39,669 nucleotides of DNA from an uncultured Methanosarcinales archaeon (GCA_964498515.1 CAZCGV010000001.1:1-39669), one strand, 5' to 3'. Counted from the stretch's first letter, positions 1 through 9,130 are shown. A program made the numbers and translations. Notes: generated by a model not told the origin, from the sequence alone.

Positions 1-2
1 AT

Positions 3-362
3 TTACCTTAACATAGACAACTTCTTCTCTATATCAGACAAAGCTTGTGCAATTTTATCCACATTTTTAGAAACAACTTTTTTCTCAACAACAATTGCTT
101 TTTTACCTTTTTTAGTTTTAGCAACAACTTTTTTCTCAACAAACAATTCTTTATGAGGTAAGCATTCTTCTAATTTTGTTGAAAGCAATATTATTTCTTT
201 TAGTTGTTCTTTTAGAATATTGTTTAATTTTAATTTTTCTTCTTTTAAAGAGTTTAATTTTTCTTCTATTCGCATGCTGTGCAGGGCTAATTTAGAGCTT
301 TCTAATAGGTTTATTCTTATGTCATCGACATTTTCCATTTTAACAAAAAATGGTTCGCTCAT
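3..362 (-). CDS. hypothetical coiled-coil protein (119 aa), last gene of a three-gene paralog set
   Basis: Intact ORF with TAA stop at 3-5 and a 1-nt gap to ORF 364-588. K/E/L-rich heptad-like sequence. The N-terminal block PFFVKMENVDDIRINLL resembles blocks in the two upstream ORFs. No family recognised. Confidence 0.5.
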   Translation of the reverse strand: MSEPFFVKMENVDDIRINLLESSKLALHSMRIEEKLNSLKEEKLKLNNILKEQLKEIILLSTKLEECLPHKELFVEKKVVAKTKKGKKAIVVEKKVVSKNVDKIAQALSDIEKKLSMLR

Positions 363-363
363 T

Positions 364-588
364 TTATTCCTCTGGGTTAAATAAATTTTTATCTATCGAA
401 GCAATTTTAGATTCTATTTCTTTAACATTATCTCGCCAAGCGCTCAATTCTTTAGCTTCTTCTGAACGAATTGAATCTATTTGATTTAATGTTGAATTTA
501 CGTCGGATAGTTTTGCTTTACAAAGGTCAACTATATCCAATATTTCTTTGTATTCTTCAAGTTTTATGAATGTTTGATTTGTTGCCAT
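364..588 (-). CDS. hypothetical small helical protein (74 aa)
   Basis: ORF packed 2 nt from ORF 591-1256 and 1 nt from ORF 3-362. Block QTFIKLEEYKEILDIV...KEIESKIASIDKNL parallels the neighbours. No family recognised. Confidence 0.5.
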   Translation of the reverse strand: MATNQTFIKLEEYKEILDIVDLCKAKLSDVNSTLNQIDSIRSEEAKELSAWRDNVKEIESKIASIDKNLFNPEE

Positions 589-590
589 TT

Positions 591-1256
591 TTACCTCGAT
601 AATTTTGATTCTATTTCCATGAATTTGTTTTGTAGATTTTCTAAATCTGTTACTCCTTTGCTCATTGCTTTTGAACTTCTTGTTAATATTGTGGAATATT
701 TAGTTACGTCTGTATTTTGTGATTGTAATGTGTTTTGTATGTTTTTTAAATTCAATATCATGTCTGAATAAGTTTTTTTAGAGACGAAAAATGAATCTTG
801 TGTTTCTTTTCTTAGAAAGTCTGAGCCATATTTTGGTGCTTCCATAAATTCGGTTTGTATTTCATCTTCGAATGAAGGTAATCCACTTAATAGATCGTCT
901 GCATCTTCTTCTGGTTCGGGTTCTTCAAGAGATTTAGTTTCTACTGCGTGATTTTCTTCAGGAAGTTTTTTATCTATTTCTGGCAAATCTTCAACTGAAT
1001 GTTCTAATTGCTCAACTTCTTCATCTGAAAGTTCGTTTAAACTTAAATCAGATTCTTCAGAGGGTATTGAACTGTTTGAATCTTCAATCATTTCAGGTTC
1101 TTCAGAAGGTATTGAAAAGTAATTTTCTTGAGGCGTTTCATCGATAATCGGAGGTTTTTCTGGATTTTTTAAATTTAAATCTAGACTAGAAAAGTCATTT
1201 TCTTCATCCAATTTAGGATATTCTTCTTTTTTCTTAAAGAAATTAAATAAGCCCAT
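591..1256 (-). CDS. hypothetical acidic protein (221 aa): N-terminal amphipathic helix, long D/E/S/P-rich linker, C-terminal helical module
   Basis: N-terminus MGLFNFFKKK. Residues ~20-140 are strongly acidic and low-complexity. C-terminal ~70 aa (SFFVSKKTYSDMILNLKNIQ...FMEIESKLS) resembles the two downstream small ORFs. Confidence 0.55.
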   Translation of the reverse strand: MGLFNFFKKKEEYPKLDEENDFSSLDLNLKNPEKPPIIDETPQENYFSIPSEEPEMIEDSNSSIPSEESDLSLNELSDEEVEQLEHSVEDLPEIDKKLPEENHAVETKSLEEPEPEEDADDLLSGLPSFEDEIQTEFMEAPKYGSDFLRKETQDSFFVSKKTYSDMILNLKNIQNTLQSQNTDVTKYSTILTRSSKAMSKGVTDLENLQNKFMEIESKLSR

Positions 1257-1394
1257 TCCACACCTCTTTTAATATTACACCTGGCAAGAGTATTAAAATG
1301 TTTCTTACCACTGATGAATGAAAATCACACAATCCGAAATATTTCCGGATTTTTGAAAGGTGGTTTAATATTGGAGTTTAATAAAAGTAATTTT

Positions 1395-2945
1395 ATGACA
1401 AAAATTCAATGGATAAAATACCTAAGTATTTTTTTAATACTCTTAACTAATGTTTTATTGGTTCAAGGAAATGAATTAAAACAATTTAATATTGAAGAAG
1501 AATATTTTTCAATACAACCAATTATAACTGATTTTTGTAATGTAGAACAAACGTCTGTATTTCATATTGTTAGATTGAATTATAGTACGAATCCTAATCC
1601 TTATTATTTGAATTATGTTCAATTTTTAGATTTTGAAAATGAAACTATTATTGAAAAGAATATTGTTAAGGAATTGAAATCATATACGAAGGCAAATACT
1701 GGTTTTGTACAATTTAACTTGAGCGGGAATTATGATTTGATCTTTAATTTAGATAACCTCTCGCTTAGTTGGAACTACAATGTTTCTTGTAATGAAACTG
1801 GAATTAATCAAACTGAAAATGAAACAACTGAAGAATTTCAAATCTTTTTTAACATCAACACCGATAAAGATATTTATCTTCGAGGAGAAAGGGTTAAAAT
1901 TTATTTTAACAATGTAAACACGTCCAAACCATTTCAAATAAGTTATTGGGTAGAAGATCTAAGAGGCAATATTGTTAAATCAAAATATACTACTCAAAAT
2001 ACTGAATATAAATCTTTTACTCCTTCTTTTGAAGAAATTGAAAAGGGATTTGTTGTTAAAGCGATTTTATATCAAGAGGGTTTGGAAAAAAGTGATGATA
2101 AATTATTTTCTTTTGTGAATGAAGATTATGTTTCTTCAAATATGGAAAACCATATCGAACTGGAAGAAGTGGAATTCAATCAAGTTTCTAAAACAGTTGA
2201 TTTTGAGATGCTAATTGAAAAAAATGAAGGTCTTAAACGAATTGTTGAAATTGATGGGAAAGATGAGGATGGTAAAAAAGTTTGCAACACTTTGAAATTG
2301 GATTTGCTAACTAAGGGAAAAATTAAAGTTTATGGTTCGCTTTATTGTGATTTAAATAAATTAAGGGAATCTGAAGAATTTATTTTTGTTGTTAATGGTT
2401 TAAATGTAAGCAGGTATGAGGATATTTATTTAGATAAAAAAACGTTAGATGAACAAATGGAAAGTTCTTGGAGCATAATTAATCAAAGTACTAGAAAGAA
2501 ATATGCGGAAGGAAATTTGACTTGGTATGTTAAGGTTGAAGGAGATGGTGAAGCGTTATTGATTCTTCAAAACAACAAGGATCCAATCATTATTGAAAAA
2601 ATAAATGTGAGTGGAGAGAAAACTTTTGACTTTGTTTTTGAGTCTTCGTCTAATATGAATGTAACTGCGAGATTAGTTCCCTTTAAAGATATGTTTGAAA
2701 AACAAACTAGTGTAAACTTGATTTCTGAAAAAATAGAGACTAAAAAACTAGATTTGATGTTTGAGAATGCCAGCTTAAATACCTCTGAAACAATTATGAA
2801 TGATTTTTTGACAGGAAATGTTGTTTTAGATGAAGAAAACTCCGACCATTTGATGGGGAAAGACGTTAAAACTGTTCTTATGGGAATAATTCTTTTAATC
2901 GTTCTGGGATTGGGTGGATTTCTTTTCTTTTTTAAACAAAAATAA
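1395..2945 (+). CDS. secreted, C-terminally membrane-anchored surface (S-layer-like) glycoprotein candidate
   Basis: The track ORF starts at 1314, but the ATG at 1395 gives MTKIQWIKYLSIFLILLTNVLLVQG, a typical signal peptide. At least 17 N-x-S/T sequons (e.g. NVSCNETGINQTENETT). Single C-terminal TM helix VLMGIILLIVLGLGGFLFFF followed by a basic KQK tail. Confidence 0.7.
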   Translation: MTKIQWIKYLSIFLILLTNVLLVQGNELKQFNIEEEYFSIQPIITDFCNVEQTSVFHIVRLNYSTNPNPYYLNYVQFLDFENETIIEKNIVKELKSYTKANTGFVQFNLSGNYDLIFNLDNLSLSWNYNVSCNETGINQTENETTEEFQIFFNINTDKDIYLRGERVKIYFNNVNTSKPFQISYWVEDLRGNIVKSKYTTQNTEYKSFTPSFEEIEKGFVVKAILYQEGLEKSDDKLFSFVNEDYVSSNMENHIELEEVEFNQVSKTVDFEMLIEKNEGLKRIVEIDGKDEDGKKVCNTLKLDLLTKGKIKVYGSLYCDLNKLRESEEFIFVVNGLNVSRYEDIYLDKKTLDEQMESSWSIINQSTRKKYAEGNLTWYVKVEGDGEALLILQNNKDPIIIEKINVSGEKTFDFVFESSSNMNVTARLVPFKDMFEKQTSVNLISEKIETKKLDLMFENASLNTSETIMNDFLTGNVVLDEENSDHLMGKDVKTVLMGIILLIVLGLGGFLFFFKQK

Positions 2946-3000
2946 TTTTTTCGATAGATTTATAAAAAAAACTAAAGTCAAGAATGAATGAGGTATTTAG

Positions 3001-3594
3001 ATGAAAGATAAAGAAATCAGAGAATACATTGAAAAGAAATATTTGCGTATAAATACTATTTTTGAAATAATTGGTCACCCTAAAGAACATGTAGAATCAA
3101 CCATGAAGCTATATGTTGAAAACATAAAAAAGGATTCAGATATTGTTGTTATTAAAGAAGAATATGAGCCTGCGGAAAAACTTGAAGGCGATGTTTTTGG
3201 AGTTATTGCTGAAGTCGATATGCTTGTTAAAAATATTGAAAAGTTAACTTGGTTGTGTGTTAATTTTTCGCCTGCTTCAATTGAATTAATTGAACCTGAT
3301 AAAATAATTATCGAACAAAACGATGTAACTCATTGGTTGAATGATTTTTTATCTAAACTTCACGAGATTGGAGTTGCACAAAAAAAAATTCAATCAGATA
3401 ATGAAGGATTAATTAGAAATTTTAACGCGATGACTAGAAATGCCATCTTACTTGTTTTAAAAGAACCTTCAGATATTCAAACTATAAGTAAACATATTGG
3501 TATGGAAGACAAACATACTGAATTGTTTGTTGAAAAATTAATAAAGGAGAAAAAAATAGTTAAAGAAAAGAATGTTTATCATTTAATACATTGA
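3001..3594 (+). CDS. hypothetical protein with probable C-terminal winged-helix domain
   Basis: 197-aa ORF 13 nt upstream of scpB on the same strand. The C-terminal segment NAILLVLKEPSDIQTISKHIGMEDKHTELFVEKLIKEKKIV looks like a wHTH. No ScpA/kleisin N-terminal motif recognised. Confidence 0.55.
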   Translation: MKDKEIREYIEKKYLRINTIFEIIGHPKEHVESTMKLYVENIKKDSDIVVIKEEYEPAEKLEGDVFGVIAEVDMLVKNIEKLTWLCVNFSPASIELIEPDKIIIEQNDVTHWLNDFLSKLHEIGVAQKKIQSDNEGLIRNFNAMTRNAILLVLKEPSDIQTISKHIGMEDKHTELFVEKLIKEKKIVKEKNVYHLIH

Positions 3595-3607
3595 TTGGAG
3601 ATATCGA

Positions 3608-4501
3608 ATGTCGAAAGAACTTGAAAATCAAATTGAGGCAATTTTATTTGCATCTGGAAAGGGCGTTGCTATTTCTGAAATTGCTAAGATTGTTGATGAA
3701 TCGGATAAAAAGATTCTTAATGCATTGAAAAATTTGGAAAAAGAATACTCTACTAGAGATAGTAGTTTGCAATTAGCGCCTAAAGAAAATAAATGGAAAT
3801 TAACGGTTAAAAGCAAATATGTTGAATATATTGAGAAGTTAGTTAGTGAAACTGAATTACCTCAATCAATATTGAAAACTTTAGCAATGGTTGCTTTTAA
3901 AAGTCCTGTTTTACAATCGGAAATCGTTGATATGCGAGGTCAGAGTGCATACGATCATATTAATATTTTAACAAAAGAAAAATTAATAACTAAAGACCCG
4001 AAAGGGCGTAGTTTTGTTTTAAAAATAACTGATAAATTCTATCAATATTTTGATGTTGAAGGGGATGAAGAAATCAGGGATGTTTTTGATAAGTTAAGAA
4101 CGGAACAAATACAAAAATTAGGAGAATTAGATGTTGTTGATGTTGACCCTGAAGAATTGAAAAATAAAAATTTAAAAGAGTTTGATGATTCGGGTGAATT
4201 TAAAAATTTAGAGGGCTTAAGTGGTTTAGAAGTTGTGGATTCTAGTGAAGAAGAATCTAGTGTTGAAGATTTTAAAAAACAAAAAGATGAAGAAAAGGAA
4301 ACTCAAAAATCGTTTCTTGCAGACATAGATTCTCAAATAGATACTATTTCAAAAAGATTAACTGAGCACGGAGAAATTACCCCTCCTAAAAAAGAGGAAG
4401 AAAAAACTGAGGAATCTGAAGAAAAAACTCCTTTGGAAGAATTGAATGACTTTGCTGATGAACAAGAAAAAAAAGAGCAAAAAGAGGAGGATTTTCTTTA
4501 A
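3608..4501 (+). CDS. scpB: segregation and condensation protein B (ScpB)-like, with long acidic C-terminal extension
   Basis: N-terminal IEAILFASGKGVAISEIAKIV and second wH LKTLAMVAFKSPVLQSEIVDMRG...GRSFVLKITDKFYQYFDV match the ScpB tandem winged-helix signature. Residues ~165-297 are E/D/K-rich low complexity. Confidence 0.75.
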   Translation: MSKELENQIEAILFASGKGVAISEIAKIVDESDKKILNALKNLEKEYSTRDSSLQLAPKENKWKLTVKSKYVEYIEKLVSETELPQSILKTLAMVAFKSPVLQSEIVDMRGQSAYDHINILTKEKLITKDPKGRSFVLKITDKFYQYFDVEGDEEIRDVFDKLRTEQIQKLGELDVVDVDPEELKNKNLKEFDDSGEFKNLEGLSGLEVVDSSEEESSVEDFKKQKDEEKETQKSFLADIDSQIDTISKRLTEHGEITPPKKEEEKTEESEEKTPLEELNDFADEQEKKEQKEEDFL

Positions 4502-4684
4502 ATGATTTTAACTCTGAGATGTCCTCATTGTGCTTCTTTTATGAATTATTCTCCTCGAAATAAGTTTTTAAATAAACGAAAAGTTTGTGTTTATTGTGGA
4601 AAGAGTTTTACTATAAATAGAGATACTATTAGTCCTCAAACATTGAAACAAGTTCATGAAAAAAAGGCTAGTTTTTTGTTATAA
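4502..4684 (+). CDS. small zinc-ribbon protein (60 aa)
   Basis: CPHC...(17 aa)...CVYCG pairs. The ATG directly abuts the scpB stop codon (TAAATG), suggesting co-translation. Confidence 0.5.
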   Translation: MILTLRCPHCASFMNYSPRNKFLNKRKVCVYCGKSFTINRDTISPQTLKQVHEKKASFLL

Positions 4685-4715
4685 AACGGGGGCATTTTTC
4701 TAAGAGGACGTAAGA

Positions 4716-4724
4716 CTTATAAAG
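4716..4724 (+). promoter_or_regulatory. candidate TATA box for gyrA (CTTATAAAG)
   Basis: TATA-like element centred ~27-29 nt upstream of the TTG at 4749. This would fit a leaderless transcript. Sequence inspection only. Confidence 0.35.
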
Positions 4725-4748
4725 AGCTTGCGCTTCTGAAATACTAGC

Positions 4749-7250
4749 TTGGAAGAAGAAAATATAGATATAAAAATGGATGTCGATGACGGTAATATTA
4801 TCGATGGAATTTTAGAAGACGAGATGAAAAGCGCATACTTAGATTATGCGATGTCTGTTATAATTGGTCGTGCATTACCTGATGTTCGAGATGGCTTAAA
4901 ACCAGTTCATAGAAGAATTCTATATGCTATGAATGACATGGGTATTACTTTCAATAAATCATATAAAAAATGTGCGAGAATTGTTGGGGAAGTTTTGGGT
5001 AAATATCATCCTCATGGTGATTCTGCAGTTTACGAATCGTTGGTTCGTATGGCTCAAGAGTTTTCTTTAAGATATCCTTTAGTTCAAGGTCAAGGAAACT
5101 TTGGTTCTGTTGATGGAGATAATGCTGCTGCTATGAGGTATACTGAAGCACGTATGTCTAAAATTTGTGATGAAATGTTGAAAGACATAGAAAAAGAAAC
5201 GGTAAATATGCGGCCTAATTTCGATGAGAGTTTAGAGGAGCCAATAGTGTTACCAACTAGACTTCCTAATTTATTGATTAATGGTTCTAATGGTATTGCG
5301 GTGGGCATGGCCACGAATATTCCTCCACATAATATTTCTGAAGTTGTTGATGCTTCGATTAAAGTTTTAGATTGTCCTGATGTTAATGTAGAAGACTTAT
5401 TTGAACTTGTTAAAGGTCCTGATTTTCCAACTGGCGGAATTATTTTAGGTAACGCCGGTATAAGGCAAGCTTACTTGACGGGTAGAGGCAAATATAAGAT
5501 TAGATGTAAATCACATATTGAAGAAAAAAATGGGCGTAAAAGATTAATTGTTACTGAAATTCCTTATCAAGTAAATAAATCTGATTTGCTTGAACAAATT
5601 GCTGAAGAAGTTAAAGAAAAAAAAGTTGAAGGCATTAGCGACATTAGAGATGAAAGTGATCGTAAGGGTATGCGTATTGTTTTTGAATTGAAAAAAGATG
5701 CTAATGAGGAAGTTGTGCAAAATCAACTTTTCAAACATAGTAGATTACAGGTAGGAACGGGAATAATTTTACTTGCGATAGTGGACAATCAACCGAAAGT
5801 TCTGAATTTGAAAGAAATTTTAGAACATTTCATAAATCACAGAATTGAAGTGGTTAAAAGAAGGACTGCTTTTGATTTGAAAAAAGCTTACAAAAAAGCA
5901 CATATTTTGGAAGGATTGGCAATTGCTTTAAACCACATAGATGCAGTTATTAAATTAATAAAAGAAGCAGATAATTCTTCGGATGCAAAAGAAAAATTAA
6001 AAGAAATCTATTCTTTGAGTGATGAGCAAAGTCAAGCGATTTTAGATATGAAATTGCATCGTTTAACTGGTTTGGAACAATCCAAAATTAAGAGCGATTA
6101 TGAAGAAACTAAAAATTTAATTGCTGAGCTAGAATCAATTTTAGCAAGTGAAACCAAAATAAGAGGTGTTGTTAAATCTGAGCTTGAAGATGTTAAAGAA
6201 AGATATCAAGATAATAGAAAAACAGAAATTGTTGATTATTATGAAGATGATTTAGATATGGAAGATTTGATTCCTGAAGAAGACCAGATTTTAACACTAA
6301 GTGCTTCAGGATATATTAAAAGAATAAATATGTTGTCTTACAGGGTTCAAAACCGTGGTGGGAAGGGCGTTATAGGAGTTACAACTAAAGAAGAAGATGT
6401 TATTGAACATTTATTTATCGCTAGCACGCATTCATATTTACTCGTATTTACTAATAAAGGAAATGTTCATTGGTTAAAAGTTTGGAAGATTCCTGAAGGT
6501 GGACGACAAGCTAAAGGAAAAGCAATCATAAATTTAATTAATCTAGGCGAGAATGAAAATGTGGCCGCAGTTATTCCTGTACGAGAATTTGATGAAAACC
6601 ACCATTTAATTTTGGCCACTGAAAAAGGCGTTGTTAAAAAAACTAATTTGATGGCTTATTCAAGACCTAGGCAAAATGGAATAATTGGTATAAATTTAGA
6701 TGATGGTGATAAAGTCATTAATGCTGTTTTGACTGATGGTCAACAAGAATTACTTATTGCTACAAAAAAAGGTCAAGCAGTTAGATTTAATGAAAAGGAT
6801 GCTCGTTGTATTGGAAGGACAAGCAGAGGTGTTAGAGGAATAACATTGGCACCTAATGATTCAGTCATTAGTATGATTTTATTAAACCCTGTTGAAACTA
6901 TTTTAACCGTTACTGAAAATGGTTATGGTAAACGAACACGCATAGAAGATTATCGTTTGATTAATCGTGGTGGGAAGGGCGTTAGAAATATTATTTGTAG
7001 TGAAAGGAATGGAGACGTTGTAGCAGTAAAGGGTGTTGATGATTCTAAAGATATTTTGTTGATTTCAAAACAAGGAATAATAATTAGAACCAAGGCATCT
7101 CAAATAAATGTTATTGGAAGAAACACTCAAGGAGTGCGCTTGATGAGGTTAAAAACTGAAACAGATAGAGTGCAAAATGCCACTGTTGCTGAACATGATG
7201 AAATTGCAGAAAGTGTTGATATTATTGATGAAGATAAATCTTTAGAATGA
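4749..7250 (+). CDS. gyrA: DNA gyrase subunit A
   Basis: [74 protein letters not shown] and [10 protein letters not shown] (catalytic Tyr region), plus C-terminal beta-pinwheel repeats. Start is the TTG at 4749 or the ATG at 4776. Confidence 0.95.
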   Translation: MEEENIDIKMDVDDGNIIDGILEDEMKSAYLDYAMSVIIGRALPDVRDGLKPVHRRILYAMNDMGITFNKSYKKCARIVGEVLGKYHPHGDSAVYESLVRMAQEFSLRYPLVQGQGNFGSVDGDNAAAMRYTEARMSKICDEMLKDIEKETVNMRPNFDESLEEPIVLPTRLPNLLINGSNGIAVGMATNIPPHNISEVVDASIKVLDCPDVNVEDLFELVKGPDFPTGGIILGNAGIRQAYLTGRGKYKIRCKSHIEEKNGRKRLIVTEIPYQVNKSDLLEQIAEEVKEKKVEGISDIRDESDRKGMRIVFELKKDANEEVVQNQLFKHSRLQVGTGIILLAIVDNQPKVLNLKEILEHFINHRIEVVKRRTAFDLKKAYKKAHILEGLAIALNHIDAVIKLIKEADNSSDAKEKLKEIYSLSDEQSQAILDMKLHRLTGLEQSKIKSDYEETKNLIAELESILASETKIRGVVKSELEDVKERYQDNRKTEIVDYYEDDLDMEDLIPEEDQILTLSASGYIKRINMLSYRVQNRGGKGVIGVTTKEEDVIEHLFIASTHSYLLVFTNKGNVHWLKVWKIPEGGRQAKGKAIINLINLGENENVAAVIPVREFDENHHLILATEKGVVKKTNLMAYSRPRQNGIIGINLDDGDKVINAVLTDGQQELLIATKKGQAVRFNEKDARCIGRTSRGVRGITLAPNDSVISMILLNPVETILTVTENGYGKRTRIEDYRLINRGGKGVRNIICSERNGDVVAVKGVDDSKDILLISKQGIIIRTKASQINVIGRNTQGVRLMRLKTETDRVQNATVAEHDEIAESVDIIDEDKSLE

Positions 7251-7264
7251 TTTTGAGGTTGTTT

Positions 7265-7675
7265 ATGAATATAAAAGAATGGACTCAAACATACATTAAT
7301 TTTAATTTTTTGAAATATAAAACTAATAAAATTGATGAAGATAAAGATGGTTATATTCATTCTTTCAAAGAAAGAGGAGAGGAAAAAAAAGTAAAATATT
7401 TTTTTTCAGAAGAACTTAAAAATTTAGTCAAATTTATGAAAATAACTAAATTTGATAAGATTTATTTTGTCTGTAACAATACTAAAAAAAATGTAGATTT
7501 TCTTATTTCTGAATGGGATAAATTTATTTGTGAATCTAAAATAATTATTTTGTTTGTAGATGTAAACACTCAAAATAAATGGTTAATCAAACCTCAACTA
7601 CATCATTCGATTGCAGATAAGGAAAGTTTGAAAGAAGGAATATATAGTCTGCATTCATCTTCAAAGGAATCTTAA
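7265..7675 (+). CDS. hypothetical protein (136 aa from ATG 7265)
   Basis: ORF wedged between gyrA (stop 7250) and radB (start 7677). The track start at 7247 overlaps the gyrA stop, so the ATG at 7265 is more likely. No family recognised. Confidence 0.5.
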   Translation: MNIKEWTQTYINFNFLKYKTNKIDEDKDGYIHSFKERGEEKKVKYFFSEELKNLVKFMKITKFDKIYFVCNNTKKNVDFLISEWDKFICESKIIILFVDVNTQNKWLIKPQLHHSIADKESLKEGIYSLHSSSKES

Positions 7676-7676
7676 A

Positions 7677-8363
7677 ATGGATATAAAAGTTAGTACAGGT
7701 ATTGGTTGTTTTGATTGGTTATTAGAGGGTGGTTTTGAGAAGGGAGTAATCACCACAATTTATGGTCCAGCTGGTAGTGGCAAGAGTAACATTTGTTTGT
7801 TGTTTACTAAAGAGATAACTGAGGGTAAAGTTATTTTTGTGGATACAGAAGGTTCTTTTTCTGTTTCGAGATTTAGACAAATTTGTACAAATGTAAAAGA
7901 GTCTATGGAAAACATACTTTTTCTTAATCCTACTACGTTTGATGAACAAAAAAAGGCATTTAAGAAATTAAATGAATTAGTTAATAGTAAAATTAGTGCA
8001 ATAATTATCGATTCCATTGCAATGTTATATCGTTTAGAGATGGGTAAATCTAAAAATGTTTATGAAGTTAATCGAGAATTGGGAATTCAATTGGGACAAC
8101 TAACTGAATTCGCTAGGAAAAAAAACATTCCTGTTTTAATTACAAATCAAGTTTATGCGGATTTTGAACAAAAGGGAAAAATAAATATTGTTGGCGGGGA
8201 TTTGTTGAAGTATCAAAGTAAATGTTTAATTGAGATTAAAAAAGAAGATGGTTTGAGAAAAGCTGTGATTCGTAAACATCGTTCTATTGAAGAAGGTAAA
8301 GAAGTTATTTTCAAAATAACTGATGCAGGCATAGAAGAAATAAAATTAGAAGAATATAAATAA
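7677..8363 (+). CDS. radB: RadB, RecA-superfamily recombination/repair paralog
   Basis: 228 aa. LLEGGFEKGVITTIYGPAGSGKSN (Walker A), VIFVDTEGSF, AIIIDSIAMLYR (Walker B region), VLITNQVY and a C-terminal FKITDAGIEE. Colinear with euryarchaeal RadB and lacking the RadA N-terminal HhH domain. Confidence 0.85.
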   Translation: MDIKVSTGIGCFDWLLEGGFEKGVITTIYGPAGSGKSNICLLFTKEITEGKVIFVDTEGSFSVSRFRQICTNVKESMENILFLNPTTFDEQKKAFKKLNELVNSKISAIIIDSIAMLYRLEMGKSKNVYEVNRELGIQLGQLTEFARKKNIPVLITNQVYADFEQKGKINIVGGDLLKYQSKCLIEIKKEDGLRKAVIRKHRSIEEGKEVIFKITDAGIEEIKLEEYK

Positions 8364-8374
8364 AAAAGAAAAAT

Positions 8375-8983
8375 TTATTCTTCTGAAAAGTCATCGATTG
8401 AATATTCCATTGCTTGTCCTTTATTTATTAAATTTTTATTTTCTAAATATAACTTAGACAACAAGTAGAATACTAAACCTAAACTTTTCTTTCCTTTATT
8501 GTTGCAAGGAATTACAAAATCAAGATTGTTTGTGGCATTGTTTGTATCACATAATGCAATTGTAGGTATTCCTATTGTTAATGCATCTTTTAAAGCATTT
8601 CTATCGGGACCCACGTCAACTAAAATCATCAATTTTGATTCCATAAAATTTTTTAATTGGGGGTTGGTTAATACGCCTGGAGGATATCTTCCTGCAAATA
8701 TTTTACTTCCTGTTAATTTTGCAAACAATCTTAATGGTTTCCATCCATTTTCTCTTCGACATACAACTAGAATGTCTTCGGGATTGTATTTTGAAATTAG
8801 ATTTCCTGCTTGTTTTATTCTTTCATCGATTTTTTGAAGATTTAAAACGGAAAGTCCATCACTACGTGTTTTATATATGAAATTTTCCATATACTTTGAT
8901 CTAAATTTAGTACCTATGTGAATTCCTGATTTGAGATATTCTTCTGTAGGTATTAATAAATTTTCTTCACTCATATTTTTCAC
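8375..8983 (-). CDS. rps2: 30S ribosomal protein uS2
   Basis: LLIPTEEYLKSGIHIGTKFRSKYMENFIYKTRSDGLSVLNL and IPTIALCDTNNATNNLDFVIPCNNKG are typical of archaeal S2. Confidence 0.9.
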   Translation of the reverse strand: MKNMSEENLLIPTEEYLKSGIHIGTKFRSKYMENFIYKTRSDGLSVLNLQKIDERIKQAGNLISKYNPEDILVVCRRENGWKPLRLFAKLTGSKIFAGRYPPGVLTNPQLKNFMESKLMILVDVGPDRNALKDALTIGIPTIALCDTNNATNNLDFVIPCNNKGKKSLGLVFYLLSKLYLENKNLINKGQAMEYSIDDFSEE

Positions 8984-9051
8984 CTTAGTTTATGTGACAA
9001 AAAGAACTAGTCTTTGAGCACTTATTTTCACCCTGTGCAAACGATTTTCGT

Positions 9052-9100
9052 TTTTGTAAGTTTTTTAGCAATCGCCAGACAATGTCTTTGACTTACAAAA
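9052..9100. other. 10-bp perfect inverted repeat TTTTGTAAGT / ACTTACAAAA with 29-nt loop
   Basis: Read directly: 9052-9061 and 9091-9100 are exact reverse complements. Lies in the 169-bp spacer between the TRAM gene and uS2. Confidence 0.6.
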
Positions 9101-9110
9101 GGGTTCTAAA

Positions 9111-9130
9111 ATGAAGAAAACATTCTTCAT
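9111..9130. other. hairpin ATGAAGAA-AACA-TTCTTCAT (8-bp stem, 4-nt loop)
   Basis: Read directly. Located ~23 nt downstream of the TRAM gene stop on the minus strand, next to TATA-like TTTATAAAT (9130-9138). Possible terminator or promoter-proximal structure. Confidence 0.55.

Noticed and set aside
3001-3594. Calling this ORF ScpA (kleisin) because it immediately precedes scpB.
   Set aside because: I cannot see the ScpA N-terminal or C-terminal winged-helix signatures, and it is shorter than typical ScpA. It is kept as hypothetical and flagged as a question instead.
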